From Cyanobacteriota bacterium (lineage in GTDB: Bacteria; Cyanobacteriota; Cyanobacteriia; Cyanobacteriales; Nostocaceae): DNA of 64,000 nucleotides. The stretch lies in assembly GCA_046045965.1 (NCBI GenBank), contig JBJOKS010000010.1, positions 32,001 to 96,000 of the forward strand, written 5' to 3'. Every line of letters begins with the position of its first letter. Positions within the stretch are counted from its first letter, which is position 1. This document shows positions 32,637-41,543 of the stretch, piece by piece. The notes below the pieces were generated by a model. The model saw nothing but the letters and a program-made list of their open reading frames with translations, did no database searches and was not told where the DNA came from. Position numbers and translations under genes: made by a program.

Positions 32637-33056
32637 TCAAAAAACATATTTTTCAGCTACTTTCCAATAACGGGAAAATCTCTTTAAATCAATAAATCCA
32701 TCATAATCAAAAAACGGTTCAACTGCAAATATCTCTAATTTCAATTTCTTTTCAATCTGATCACAAATATCATCAAATGTGGGACTGGGACTATCAGTAG
32801 TCACAACTAATTTAGCATCATGTTCTTGAGCAAATTTAATAATTTCCTCTGCGACATTTCCTCGACGAATTTCTACAGGTAATTCTAGTAAACATTCGTA
32901 TATAAAAGTTATACGTTTTAAACTTAATTGCCATGCTTCGATTAAAGCATCATCCCAAACCCAAATTGCTGGAGTGTTGGGATATTCTTGTAAAGCTGGG
33001 TTTTGGGGACTTAAACAATCTCCATTAATCCAAATAATTGGTTTAGTCATATTCAT
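32637..33056 (-). CDS. Small protein resembling the N-terminal alpha/beta domain of photolyase/cryptochrome
   Basis: 'IIWINGDCLSPQNPAL..PAIWVWDD..KRITFIYECLLEL..F.RYWK' mirrors the photolyase N-domain pattern; ATG 33056 overlaps the kinase TGA (alternative ATG at 33050). Confidence 0.65.
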   Translation of the reverse strand: MNMTKPIIWINGDCLSPQNPALQEYPNTPAIWVWDDALIEAWQLSLKRITFIYECLLELPVEIRRGNVAEEIIKFAQEHDAKLVVTTDSPSPTFDDICDQIEKKLKLEIFAVEPFFDYDGFIDLKRFSRYWKVAEKYVF

Positions 33057-34396
33057 ATACATCTTAACAAAGCTTCCTTAAATTCTACCGCAGTTGGAAA
33101 ATAAATTTGCGGTTTTTCTGTTAAAGCTAAATCTATCACATCAGCTAACTTTTCAGGAATACTATGATCCCGTTGACGAATCGGGATAGGATGATTATTT
33201 AAAATACTACTCCAAGGATCACCATCAAAATCACGAGGAAATTTTCCTGTTAACATATTATATAAACAAGCTGCACTTGCCCAAACATCAACTTCCGGTA
33301 AAGAATGTTTAAAATCTAATACTTGTTGACGGGGCATAAATACAGGAGTTCCCATTTTTGTACCTGTGAAAGTTTGTCCACTTAAACCAGCTAAATCAAA
33401 AGCTTTAGCTAAACCATAATCTCCGATTTTTACCACCATTTTACCATTAATTTTAGTAATAAAAATATTATTGGGTTTTAAATCTCGATGGACTAAACCT
33501 TTACCTTTTCCTAATCTCCCATCTGCTAATCTCACATAGGGAACTTCGACGTTATGGGCATAATCTAAACCATCGAGAACTTGGAGAATAATATCAACTG
33601 CTATATTAATCGGTAAACTTCCCCCTAATTTTTCCATTAAATCCCAAACATCTCCACCTTCGCAATATTCCATTGCAAAGAAAAAGGTATTTCCTGCAAA
33701 GTCATAATCTAAACATTGGATGACGTTGAGATGTTGTAAACATTTACTATTTTCTATTTCCCTTAAAAACATTTTCACACCCTGCTCTGTAGCTGCAACT
33801 GCGGGTAACATGATTTTCAAAGCTACGAGTTTTTGAGTTTTTTGATGTTGGGCTAAAAATACTTCTCCACAACCACCTTGACCTAATGATTTAATAATTT
33901 GATAATTAGAAATTACTTTGAGATTTTGATTACCTGTGTTTGCTAGGTTGAGGATGTTTTTGATAATATCTAAAAAATTAGGTTTTTGATTTTCTGGGGG
34001 TTGGGGAAGATTGGGAGTTTGTTGTTTTTCAACTTCTGCTTCTACAGCAACATTAAAAATAATATGACCGATTTGCACCTGATCACGATTACCTAAATTA
34101 TATTCAGGAAGGAGATTTTTGGCAGCTTGTTCAGGAGTATCACCCGCTTTTCTTTGACCGATTTTTTTACCATTAACATAAGTTCTGTTTAAACTGCCTA
34201 AATCTCTAATTCTAATTTCTGGGGGGTTGATATCGAATAAGCAGTGATAACGGGAAACTTTCATATCAATATTATCGGCAATTTGTAAATTGCAATCATC
34301 ATTTCTACCGATAATACAAGTGCTGCGGTTATCAAATATATATTGTTTTCCTGATAGTTTCCCTGTGGTAATGGTGAGGGTGACGGTAGGTGGCAT
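33053..34396 (-). CDS. FHA-domain Ser/Thr protein kinase
   Basis: FHA 'IGR..DC..SRYHC..DLGSLN'; kinase 'LGQGGCGEV', 'VALK', 'HRDLKPNN', 'DYG', 'GTPVFM'; start MPPTV at 34396. Confidence 0.92.
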   Translation of the reverse strand: MPPTVTLTITTGKLSGKQYIFDNRSTCIIGRNDDCNLQIADNIDMKVSRYHCLFDINPPEIRIRDLGSLNRTYVNGKKIGQRKAGDTPEQAAKNLLPEYNLGNRDQVQIGHIIFNVAVEAEVEKQQTPNLPQPPENQKPNFLDIIKNILNLANTGNQNLKVISNYQIIKSLGQGGCGEVFLAQHQKTQKLVALKIMLPAVAATEQGVKMFLREIENSKCLQHLNVIQCLDYDFAGNTFFFAMEYCEGGDVWDLMEKLGGSLPINIAVDIILQVLDGLDYAHNVEVPYVRLADGRLGKGKGLVHRDLKPNNIFITKINGKMVVKIGDYGLAKAFDLAGLSGQTFTGTKMGTPVFMPRQQVLDFKHSLPEVDVWASAACLYNMLTGKFPRDFDGDPWSSILNNHPIPIRQRDHSIPEKLADVIDLALTEKPQIYFPTAVEFKEALLRCI

Positions 34397-34442
34397 TTTG
34401 GGAATTGTTGATTTTTTTAGGTTTTGGTAAATATTATACTCT

Positions 34443-34530
34443 GTAGGTTGGGTTAAGTGACAACGCAACCCAACAATCTAAATGATCACATTTGCATCAT
34501 GTTGGGTTTCCTTTCGTCAACCCAACCTAC
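34443..34530. repeat. REP doublet (REPIN-like) of GTAG-type REPs
   Basis: GTAGGTTGGGTT..AACCCAAC and the inverted GTTGGGTT..AACCCAACCTAC; single copy at 53814-53843. Confidence 0.75.
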
Positions 34531-34975
34531 AAAAAAGTTTTTGTTGCAATAAAGGGGGGTCTATTCTCATTATTATTGAGAATGGTGTCAATAATTTAAC
34601 GATTTTTGGTGATTTCAGCTTGGGGGGTTGACAGTGTTCTGAGTTTTTGCTACTCTAATGTTATATCTAGAAATCTGTCCGCGCCATATATAACAGGTTT
34701 TGAATTGTCTGAGTTGGGATGAATAGGATTTTTTTGTCTGAATCAGGATGTTATTGATAAATTGGTAGTGGTGATTTTCAAGAGTTAAGTTTCGCGCAGA
34801 GACGCTAAGGAGCAAAGACGCAAAGAGAAAAATTTGTCTGAATCAGGATGTCTAGGATTTAAGGATTTACAGGATGGGATTTAATGATTTATGGTGGAAG
34901 TATGTAAATTGGGTTGAACGAAGTAAAACTCAAATTTTACCAGGTTTTAAAGTGTTGTGTCCTAATTCAGAGAAG

Positions 34976-35422
34976 TTAGAGTAAAAAATCACTCAAAACT
35001 AAAATCGTTAATTCTGTAACTCGTTTCAACTGAATATCATTAGTTAAGAAAATATCACATTGAGAAAATATAGCTACGGAAATTTGTAAAGAATCTAATA
35101 AAGCTAAATTATATCTAGCTCTTAATTGGGATGCTTGTTTAGCAATTAATTCATCAATTTGTATAAATTCAACATTGACACCAGAAACAATCAAATCAAT
35201 AAAATCCTGTTGTAATTCTGTTAGTCCTAAACGATAGGGATAAACTAGACACTCAGATAATGTGATAGGAGAAGTAACCGCACTTAGTAAACCTGAATCT
35301 ATACCGTGAAAAACATAGTTGACTAAAGACTGATATTGAGGATGATTCTCTACATAATAAATTACTGGTGCTGTATCCAAAAATAATTTTTTACCCTGAA
35401 TTAAATAATCTTCAATGTTCAT
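34976..35422 (-). CDS. vapC: PIN-domain toxin (VapC family)
   Basis: 'LFLDTAPVIY', 'TSPITLSE', 'LALLDSLQ', 'FLTND'. Confidence 0.88.
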   Translation of the reverse strand: MNIEDYLIQGKKLFLDTAPVIYYVENHPQYQSLVNYVFHGIDSGLLSAVTSPITLSECLVYPYRLGLTELQQDFIDLIVSGVNVEFIQIDELIAKQASQLRARYNLALLDSLQISVAIFSQCDIFLTNDIQLKRVTELTILVLSDFLL

Positions 35423-35702
35423 AGATATTTCTGAGATTTAATTCCCTATTTTTACTTTCCTCGTTTCTATTTCTGGAAACCCAATTTTGAGCATCTTCAC
35501 TAACTAAAGGATAAGGTGCTTTACCTCTGATTTCTTGCCATTTTCGAGGTTGTTTTTGTTCTATATCATTTGGTTGTGATTGCAGGGATAATGAATCAAT
35601 AAAAATTAACACTTGTTCTTGTTGTGCAGGTGTTAAATTGTCTAGTTTTTCTAAGATAGTTTTTTTATTTTCCAGTGCTGTAGTCATCATGAAAATCCTC
35701 AT
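35412..35702 (-). CDS. Putative antitoxin of the VapC toxin (start could be at the MM a few codons downstream)
   Basis: Small ORF upstream of and overlapping the PIN gene by 11 nt; 'LTPAQQEQVL.FI', 'EDAQNWVSRNR.E'. Confidence 0.75.
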   Translation of the reverse strand: MRIFMMTTALENKKTILEKLDNLTPAQQEQVLIFIDSLSLQSQPNDIEQKQPRKWQEIRGKAPYPLVSEDAQNWVSRNRNEESKNRELNLRNIYEH

Positions 35703-35826
35703 TATCTGTAAAATACGATCTTCTTTAATTATATGGCTATCGGCTTTTATTTGTAAAGATTTCTAGGATTTGAGGATGTACAGGATGTTATTGAATGATT
35801 ATTTTTTGGAAGTTGGGGATTTTTTT

Positions 35827-35999
35827 TGTCTGAATCAGGATGTCCAGGATTTGAGGATGTACAGGATGTTATTGGATGATTGTTTTTTGGAAGTTGGGGA
35901 TTTTTCAGGATGTTATTGAATGATTGTTTTTGAATTATTTAAAACATCTAAAAATTACCATCCTGTAAATCCTTTAATCCTGGTTATCCTGATTCTGAC
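35827..35999. mobile_element. MITE-like element with ~40 bp TIRs built from AGGAT-periodic units
   Basis: TGTCTGAATCAGGATGTCCAGGATTTGAGGATGTACAGGAT ... ATCCTGTAAATCCTTTAATCCTGGTTATCCTGATTCTGAC. Confidence 0.65.
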
Positions 36000-36033
36000 T
36001 TAATAATTTTCTGTAACCCTTAAATGTTACAGT

Positions 36034-37530
36034 TTACAAGTCTCGACGCGAGACAAGAGACCAGTACATCTTCGCCACAACAAGAAAGACATCCCGACTC
36101 AAAACCCCAACAACCAGCGGAACAGGGAGGTGGCCTTCTGGTGCTTTTATATCAAAAGTAATATTTTTGTAGTACAACCTTTCTCCTCCTTTTCTCCATC
36201 CTACCTTGTCCCCAAACTTCTGCCAGATGTCTGAGTTATATTCTCTAGTTCCACCCAAACCCTGATAAATTCGTTTCTGAACAGAAAAACCAAACTTACC
36301 ATCACTATATTTTACCCATAACTGGTCAATGGTGCGGAGGTCTGCACAGGGAAAATTATCAATGTGTTTAGAATATAACCAACCTTCCTCTTCTCTTTTC
36401 GCAACTGCTAACATTACTCTTCTAGTTTCTTCATCTGCTTCTTTCCATTTTCCTGCTTTGAGGTAGTTTTGCAGTTTTCTATAGTCCATTCCCACATCTG
36501 ATTTTAATTCTATCTCTTGGTTTTCTTCATTGATAACTTCCACATCATCTTCATAGAATTCTTCTTCTAAATAACTAATATCATCATCTTCATTAAGGCT
36601 ATCGAAGGATGATGAACCAAAAGCAGATTTAAATGCATCTAAATCAAAATTATCATCATAATCTTCCTTTTCTTGGTTATTGGTTGTAAGTAAACCCAAC
36701 AACTCCCGAAACTCCCGTACAGTTTGCGGACGGTTTTGGGGTTCTAACTCCATACCTTTGAGAATAGCAGCATTTACCTTATCGCTAATATTCTGATTAT
36801 ATTTTTGCGGTGGTTGTAAAATCACATCATCTTCAGCGCGATAATTAGCAGGAATGGGAACTCTCAGAGTTAACAAAGTGTACAACGTCGCAGCTAAAGC
36901 ATAAACATCAGTATAATAACCAAAATCTCCCCGTCGTTCATACTGTTCTATGGGTGCATAACCTTCCGTTTTACTCGCAGTCATGCTTTTAATTTTTCCC
37001 GGTTGAAACTCTCGCGCTAACCCAAAATCAATTAATACCGCTTCCTTGGTTTTCTGTCGTAGTAAAATATTATTGGGTTTCACATCCCGGTGTAAAAGTC
37101 CTCGTTCATGAACCACTTCTAACGCTTGTCCGATTTGGTCAATGTAACTCAATGCTTCCGTTTCTGACAAGTACCCATTTTCCGCTGTATATTCTTCTGT
37201 ATATTTTTCTAAATCATCCCCTTCTATATATTCCATGACTATAGCGTGCAGTTTATATTTATCAATATCTTCCTCAAAGTTCGTGTAAACCTTGACTATG
37301 TGGGGATGTTCACATTTAGCTAATGATTTTGCTTCTGCTTTAAACCTATTTTGTCTTTCTTCAAAGTCTGGTTTTTCTCGTTGTTCGCGGTTGAGAGTTT
37401 TAATAACTACGAGTCTATCAAGTCCTGTATCTTCTGCAAGATAGGTTTCACCAAAGCCACCCCCACCGATGACTTTTTTAATGATATACTGTCCGTTCTG
37501 TAGACTGGTGTTAGGTGTCCAAACTTGCAT
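36034..37530 (-). CDS. Ser/Thr protein kinase with C-terminal GUN4-like domain
   Basis: 'IGGGGFGETY', 'VVIK', 'HRDVKPNN', 'DFGLAR', 'GYAPIEQY'; GUN4 'DYRKLQ.YL..GKWKEADEET', 'FPCADLRTIDQLW..S.GKFGFSVQ', 'APEGHLP'. Confidence 0.93.
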   Translation of the reverse strand: MQVWTPNTSLQNGQYIIKKVIGGGGFGETYLAEDTGLDRLVVIKTLNREQREKPDFEERQNRFKAEAKSLAKCEHPHIVKVYTNFEEDIDKYKLHAIVMEYIEGDDLEKYTEEYTAENGYLSETEALSYIDQIGQALEVVHERGLLHRDVKPNNILLRQKTKEAVLIDFGLAREFQPGKIKSMTASKTEGYAPIEQYERRGDFGYYTDVYALAATLYTLLTLRVPIPANYRAEDDVILQPPQKYNQNISDKVNAAILKGMELEPQNRPQTVREFRELLGLLTTNNQEKEDYDDNFDLDAFKSAFGSSSFDSLNEDDDISYLEEEFYEDDVEVINEENQEIELKSDVGMDYRKLQNYLKAGKWKEADEETRRVMLAVAKREEEGWLYSKHIDNFPCADLRTIDQLWVKYSDGKFGFSVQKRIYQGLGGTREYNSDIWQKFGDKVGWRKGGERLYYKNITFDIKAPEGHLPVPLVVGVLSRDVFLVVAKMYWSLVSRRDL

Positions 37531-37612
37531 AATGTCTAAATCAAAGATCCCCGACTTCTATGATAATTGATTTTATACAGGATAGGTGAAAAAAAGAAGT
37601 CGGGGATCTGAA

Positions 37613-37881
37613 TGTCTGAATCAGGATAACCAGGATTATAGGATTTTCAGGATGTGATTGATAATTGGTGGTGGGGATTTTTTGATGTGGGTGAAAATAA
37701 CGATGTTGGAAGTTTAAAACCCTATATATATGCGCCCACAGATTCCCACTCATAACATAAGTGTAAAATATTATTTTCGCCTTGTCAAGTCTTAACATAA
37801 CAAAAATATGAAAATACAAAACTTCAGATGGCAACTTACCATCCTGTAAATCCTAAAATCCTGGACATCCTGATTCAAACA
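37613..37881. mobile_element. MITE-like element, same TIR family (269 bp)
   Basis: TGTCTGAATCAGGAT... at 37613; ...ATCCTGATTCAAACA ending 37881. Confidence 0.65.
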
Positions 37882-37890
37882 AATTAAATT

Positions 37891-38730
37891 CTACCTTCCT
37901 TTTTTCCCCTTTTGCCAACTTTGACTATTAGGTTTTTTACTAAACTCACCGTTCGGAAAAAGTCGCGCTTCTAACTCCTCATAACTCCCCTCAAAATCAC
38001 ACTTACCATAAAGCGGACATTGACAACAATAAACCCCTTTTGTGTAACGTTCTAAATTTTCCCGATTGAAAAAATAAGGTTTATGACTAAAGGTACTCGC
38101 TACCCATTGCCATGACATATTATTACTTGCAGGATCGCCATCTAACAAATGTTGTAAAAACCATTTTGCGCCGGCTTGCCATTGAATACGTCGCCAATGG
38201 ATAATATAAGCCGCTAACCACATTCTAATATGGTTATGTAAATAGCCATTTTCTCGTAATTCCTGACTAAAACTATCAATACAAACCAGTCCGGTTTTAC
38301 CTTCCGTAATATCTGACGGTAAATTTTTTGCATAGTCTGCTATTTTATAACCGGTTTTGTATTCTTCTTGATTTTCCCAAATACCTTTTCCTAATTTAAT
38401 ATATAGCCTTTGCCAATAATCACGCCATCCTAATTCATTAATTAATTTACTCGCATCCTCTGGATTTTTCACCCGCTCTAAAATATCATCTTTAATTTCT
38501 CGTAAACTTAAAACGCCATGACGAATATAAGGTGATAACCTAGTAACAGCACCAGTTAAAGAATTGCGTGTTTTTGCGTAGGCAAGAGGATCGACATTTT
38601 TCAGCTTTGCTTTTGCTGCTTTCCTTCCTCCTACAGTTTCGCTGATGTGATCATCTCGTTCTGCGGCCTGGGGAAATTGTTCGCGCAGGTAAGCTATTAA
38701 CTCATCTCTGTTAGTGAAATCACGTAACAT
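37891..38730 (-). CDS. Photolyase/cryptochrome FAD-binding-domain protein lacking the N-terminal domain
   Basis: 'TRLSPYIRHG', 'ELGWRDYW', 'GYLHNHIRMW', 'LLDGDPASNNMSWQW'; Cys-rich 'YCCQCPLYGKC' near the C-terminus. Confidence 0.88.
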   Translation of the reverse strand: MLRDFTNRDELIAYLREQFPQAAERDDHISETVGGRKAAKAKLKNVDPLAYAKTRNSLTGAVTRLSPYIRHGVLSLREIKDDILERVKNPEDASKLINELGWRDYWQRLYIKLGKGIWENQEEYKTGYKIADYAKNLPSDITEGKTGLVCIDSFSQELRENGYLHNHIRMWLAAYIIHWRRIQWQAGAKWFLQHLLDGDPASNNMSWQWVASTFSHKPYFFNRENLERYTKGVYCCQCPLYGKCDFEGSYEELEARLFPNGEFSKKPNSQSWQKGKKGR

Positions 38731-38835
38731 AGTTTTCTGGGTTTAGACTTAAATGTAATCAAAATTAGAATTAGTGGCAGTTTTAATATAACTGTATTAT
38801 CCTCTACATTATATCAAGTTTTACCTCCAAAAACC

Positions 38836-40755
38836 ATGACAAAACACCCATCTTTGCAAGAACAACAAGGTTACTATCGTTATGATCCTAACAACTTGGA
38901 TCAAAAAGGATATGCAAGGTTATTTCCTTACACTGGGGAAGATGGCGTTATCCGTTATATTTTAGCGAAATTAGGAGAAAATTTAGTAGAACAGGGTAAA
39001 CTTTCCCAACCTTGGACTTTATTACTGAGTCAGTTAGATCAAAAAGTTGCAGAATTAGAGGAAAATTGGTTAAGTATCTCAACTTTATTGGTTGACTGCA
39101 AAATTTTTCAATCAGGATGGTTTAATTTTGATTTACCTCCCAATGAACAATTTAATAGTAGTTATATCCAAGAAAGAAAAAAGTTAATTCAAACAATTTC
39201 CTCAGCTAAAAAAGCTGTTGGAAATGTAGATAAAAATTTACCTCTTCTAACAATAAATGCAGAACAAAGAAAGTTATTTTACCAAGCATTAAAAAATGCA
39301 AATGTTAAAACTCCTGTTATGAGTATCATTCATGAACGGGATGGAGGTTTAAGCGATAGAGAATTTGTCCGTCAAAGGGTAGCAGGTGCTAACCCCACAG
39401 TTATCCGCCGAGTACAAACAAATGATCAAGGTTTGATTCAAGCTTTAGCTACTCAACCTTACAAATTAGCTAATAACGGTGCTGTTGATTTAATCAAATC
39501 TGCCAGTGAAAACCGCTTGTTTATTGCTGACTATCCCATTTTTAAAGATTTGAAAATTACAGACTTACAAACTGGTAAATATGTGGGTAGTCCAATAGCT
39601 TTATTTCATAATACAGAAAAAGGTTTAGAACCTGTACTAATTCAAGTAGAAAAAGGTAGAGTTGTAACTCCAGGAATTACAGGAGAACCAGCAGATAATT
39701 GGATGAAAGCAAAATTATATTTTCAAACTGCGGATGCTACTCATCATGAACTAATTGCCCATTTAGCTTATACTCATTTAGCAATGGAATCCTTATCTAT
39801 TGCTACTTCTAGACAGTTACCAAGTAATCACCCAGTTTATCAATTATTATCTCCCCATTTTAAATTTTTAATTGCTATTAATAACCGGGGAAATAGTATA
39901 TTGTTGTCAGAAGGAGCAGGAATTGATAACTTAATGGCTCCCACTTTGGCAACTTCTTCTAAATTGATGAATAAAGCCTATCGAGAAAAGTCTTTTTGGT
40001 ATTATTCTTTGTTAAATGATATTGAAGTGCGAGGAATAGAACCAAAATTATTACCAGACTTTCCCTATCGGGATGATGCTTTGTTATTGTGGGAGGCGAT
40101 CGCTAAATACACAACTCGTTATTTACAACGCTATTACCCAGACGACAAAGCAGTACAACAAGACATCTATTTACAAAATTGGGCGGAAGAACTAGGCGCA
40201 CCTTTAAACACCCGTCCCAAGTCAGACTTTCCCCAAGCACCCGCATGGTTTCCCAAAGAACTGGTAGCAGCATCAGGAATAGAACCCCAAGAAATACCTT
40301 CCTATCCTCGCGTACCAGGGTTTACAAAAATTGGTAGTTTGCAACAATTAATAGACATTGCAACTATCGTTATTTTTACCTGTGGACCCCAACACGCGGC
40401 TGTTAATTTTAGTCAATACGATTATTTTGGCTATGTTCCTAACGCACCCTTAGCAAATTATAGTCGTCCTGGTACACCAGCTAGTTTAGAGGAAATTTTA
40501 CCACCTCCAGAAAGAGATTTAGAGCAAATGCAATTAACTTTTGCATTGAATGGAATTAGATGGAGTAAATTAGGAAGTTCTGATTTTATTCAATTTGCAG
40601 ATAAAATTGATAAACAAATCTTAGCGCAATTTCAAAATGATTTGTTGGAAATTGAACGCAAAATTAAAGATCGAAATCAGCAGCGTTTAACAAATAGCGG
40701 TGTTGAATATCCTTATCTTTTACCCTCTCGCATTCCCAACAGTATTAATATTTGA
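38836..40755 (+). CDS. Lipoxygenase
   Basis: 'DREFVRQRVAGANP', 'W..AK', iron ligands 'HHELIAHLAYTH', 'QHAAVNF', C-terminal 'IPNSINI'. Confidence 0.93.
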   Translation: MTKHPSLQEQQGYYRYDPNNLDQKGYARLFPYTGEDGVIRYILAKLGENLVEQGKLSQPWTLLLSQLDQKVAELEENWLSISTLLVDCKIFQSGWFNFDLPPNEQFNSSYIQERKKLIQTISSAKKAVGNVDKNLPLLTINAEQRKLFYQALKNANVKTPVMSIIHERDGGLSDREFVRQRVAGANPTVIRRVQTNDQGLIQALATQPYKLANNGAVDLIKSASENRLFIADYPIFKDLKITDLQTGKYVGSPIALFHNTEKGLEPVLIQVEKGRVVTPGITGEPADNWMKAKLYFQTADATHHELIAHLAYTHLAMESLSIATSRQLPSNHPVYQLLSPHFKFLIAINNRGNSILLSEGAGIDNLMAPTLATSSKLMNKAYREKSFWYYSLLNDIEVRGIEPKLLPDFPYRDDALLLWEAIAKYTTRYLQRYYPDDKAVQQDIYLQNWAEELGAPLNTRPKSDFPQAPAWFPKELVAASGIEPQEIPSYPRVPGFTKIGSLQQLIDIATIVIFTCGPQHAAVNFSQYDYFGYVPNAPLANYSRPGTPASLEEILPPPERDLEQMQLTFALNGIRWSKLGSSDFIQFADKIDKQILAQFQNDLLEIERKIKDRNQQRLTNSGVEYPYLLPSRIPNSINI

Positions 40756-40777
40756 GGAGAAAAGATTTATAATTAAC

Positions 40778-40856
40778 TGCAGATGGACGCAGATGAACAC
40801 AGATAACTTAATAAGTTATGATCTTACTATCTGCGTTTATCCGCGTTTATCTGCGT
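40778..40856. repeat. Inverted pair of (AACGCAGATG)n decamer repeats
   Basis: GCAGATGGACGCAGATGAACACAGAT ... ATCTGCGTTTATCCGCGTTTATCTGCG; direct copies near 4407, 19318 and 32563. Confidence 0.7.
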
Positions 40857-40886
40857 TGGAAATTATTTATTTTTCATCATTCCCTC

Positions 40887-41363
40887 ATGACTAACATACC
40901 CCAAACAGGACAACCAGCACCCGACTTTTCCACCCCAGACCAAAACGACAAACTTGTTAAAATATCTGAATTAAATCAGTGGATAGTCCTTTATTTCTAC
41001 CCCAAAGACGACACCCCTGGATGTACCACAGAAGCCAAAGATTTCACCGATTTATCATCACAATTTACCGATTTAGGTGCTAAAATCATTGGTGTTAGTC
41101 CAGATTCTAGTAAATCTCATTGCAAATTTATCGCCAAACACAACCTATCAATTACCCTATTAAGTGACCCCGAACATCAATTAATAGAAGCCTATGGTGC
41201 GTGGCGTTTAAAAAAGTTTATGGGTAAAGAATATATGGGAGTTGCACGTTCAACTTTCTTGATTTCACCTGATAAAATTATCGCCCATTCTTGGCCAAAT
41301 GTCAAAACAAAAGGTCATGCTCTAGCAGTATTAACAAAATTGCAAGAACTAGCCGCTAAATAA
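40887..41363 (+). CDS. bcp: Peroxiredoxin Q / BCP
   Basis: 'GQPAPDF', 'YFYPKDDTPGCTTEA', 'RSTFLI'; start at MTNIP. Confidence 0.92.
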   Translation: MTNIPQTGQPAPDFSTPDQNDKLVKISELNQWIVLYFYPKDDTPGCTTEAKDFTDLSSQFTDLGAKIIGVSPDSSKSHCKFIAKHNLSITLLSDPEHQLIEAYGAWRLKKFMGKEYMGVARSTFLISPDKIIAHSWPNVKTKGHALAVLTKLQELAAK

Positions 41364-41543
41364 ACAGTTCGTAGTGAGAGATTTATCGCTCTCACCATGC
41401 TTTTATTAATTTATTTATAGTCATCTTATCGTTTATTTTCAAACTGTTAATTAATTTTAATTTTGTCTGATTAGGTAATGTTAATAAAATAACATAATCA
41501 TTGAGACATTATATAATAGAAATAGCATCTCTATGGTATAAAT

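Noticed and set aside
34735..35999. Recurring ~35-40 bp AGGAT repeats as a possible CRISPR array
   Set aside because: Spacing is irregular, copies are degenerate and partly inverted, there are no unique equal-length spacers, and no cas genes are present.
37541..37834. 97-aa ORF upstream of the GUN4 kinase (also 34615-34815 and 15589-15783)
   Set aside because: These overlap MITE-like or palindromic repeats and show no recognisable protein features.
33053..38730. A complete DGR cassette near the GUN4 kinase
   Set aside because: No reverse transcriptase ORF, no avd-like gene and no second copy of the 36040-36144 sequence was seen in the window; only a possible target is reported.
40818..40886. 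N-terminal extensions in the ORF track for bcp and the FHA kinase (34397-34468)
   Set aside because: Both run through dispersed repeat or intergenic sequence; downstream ATGs match the family starts.
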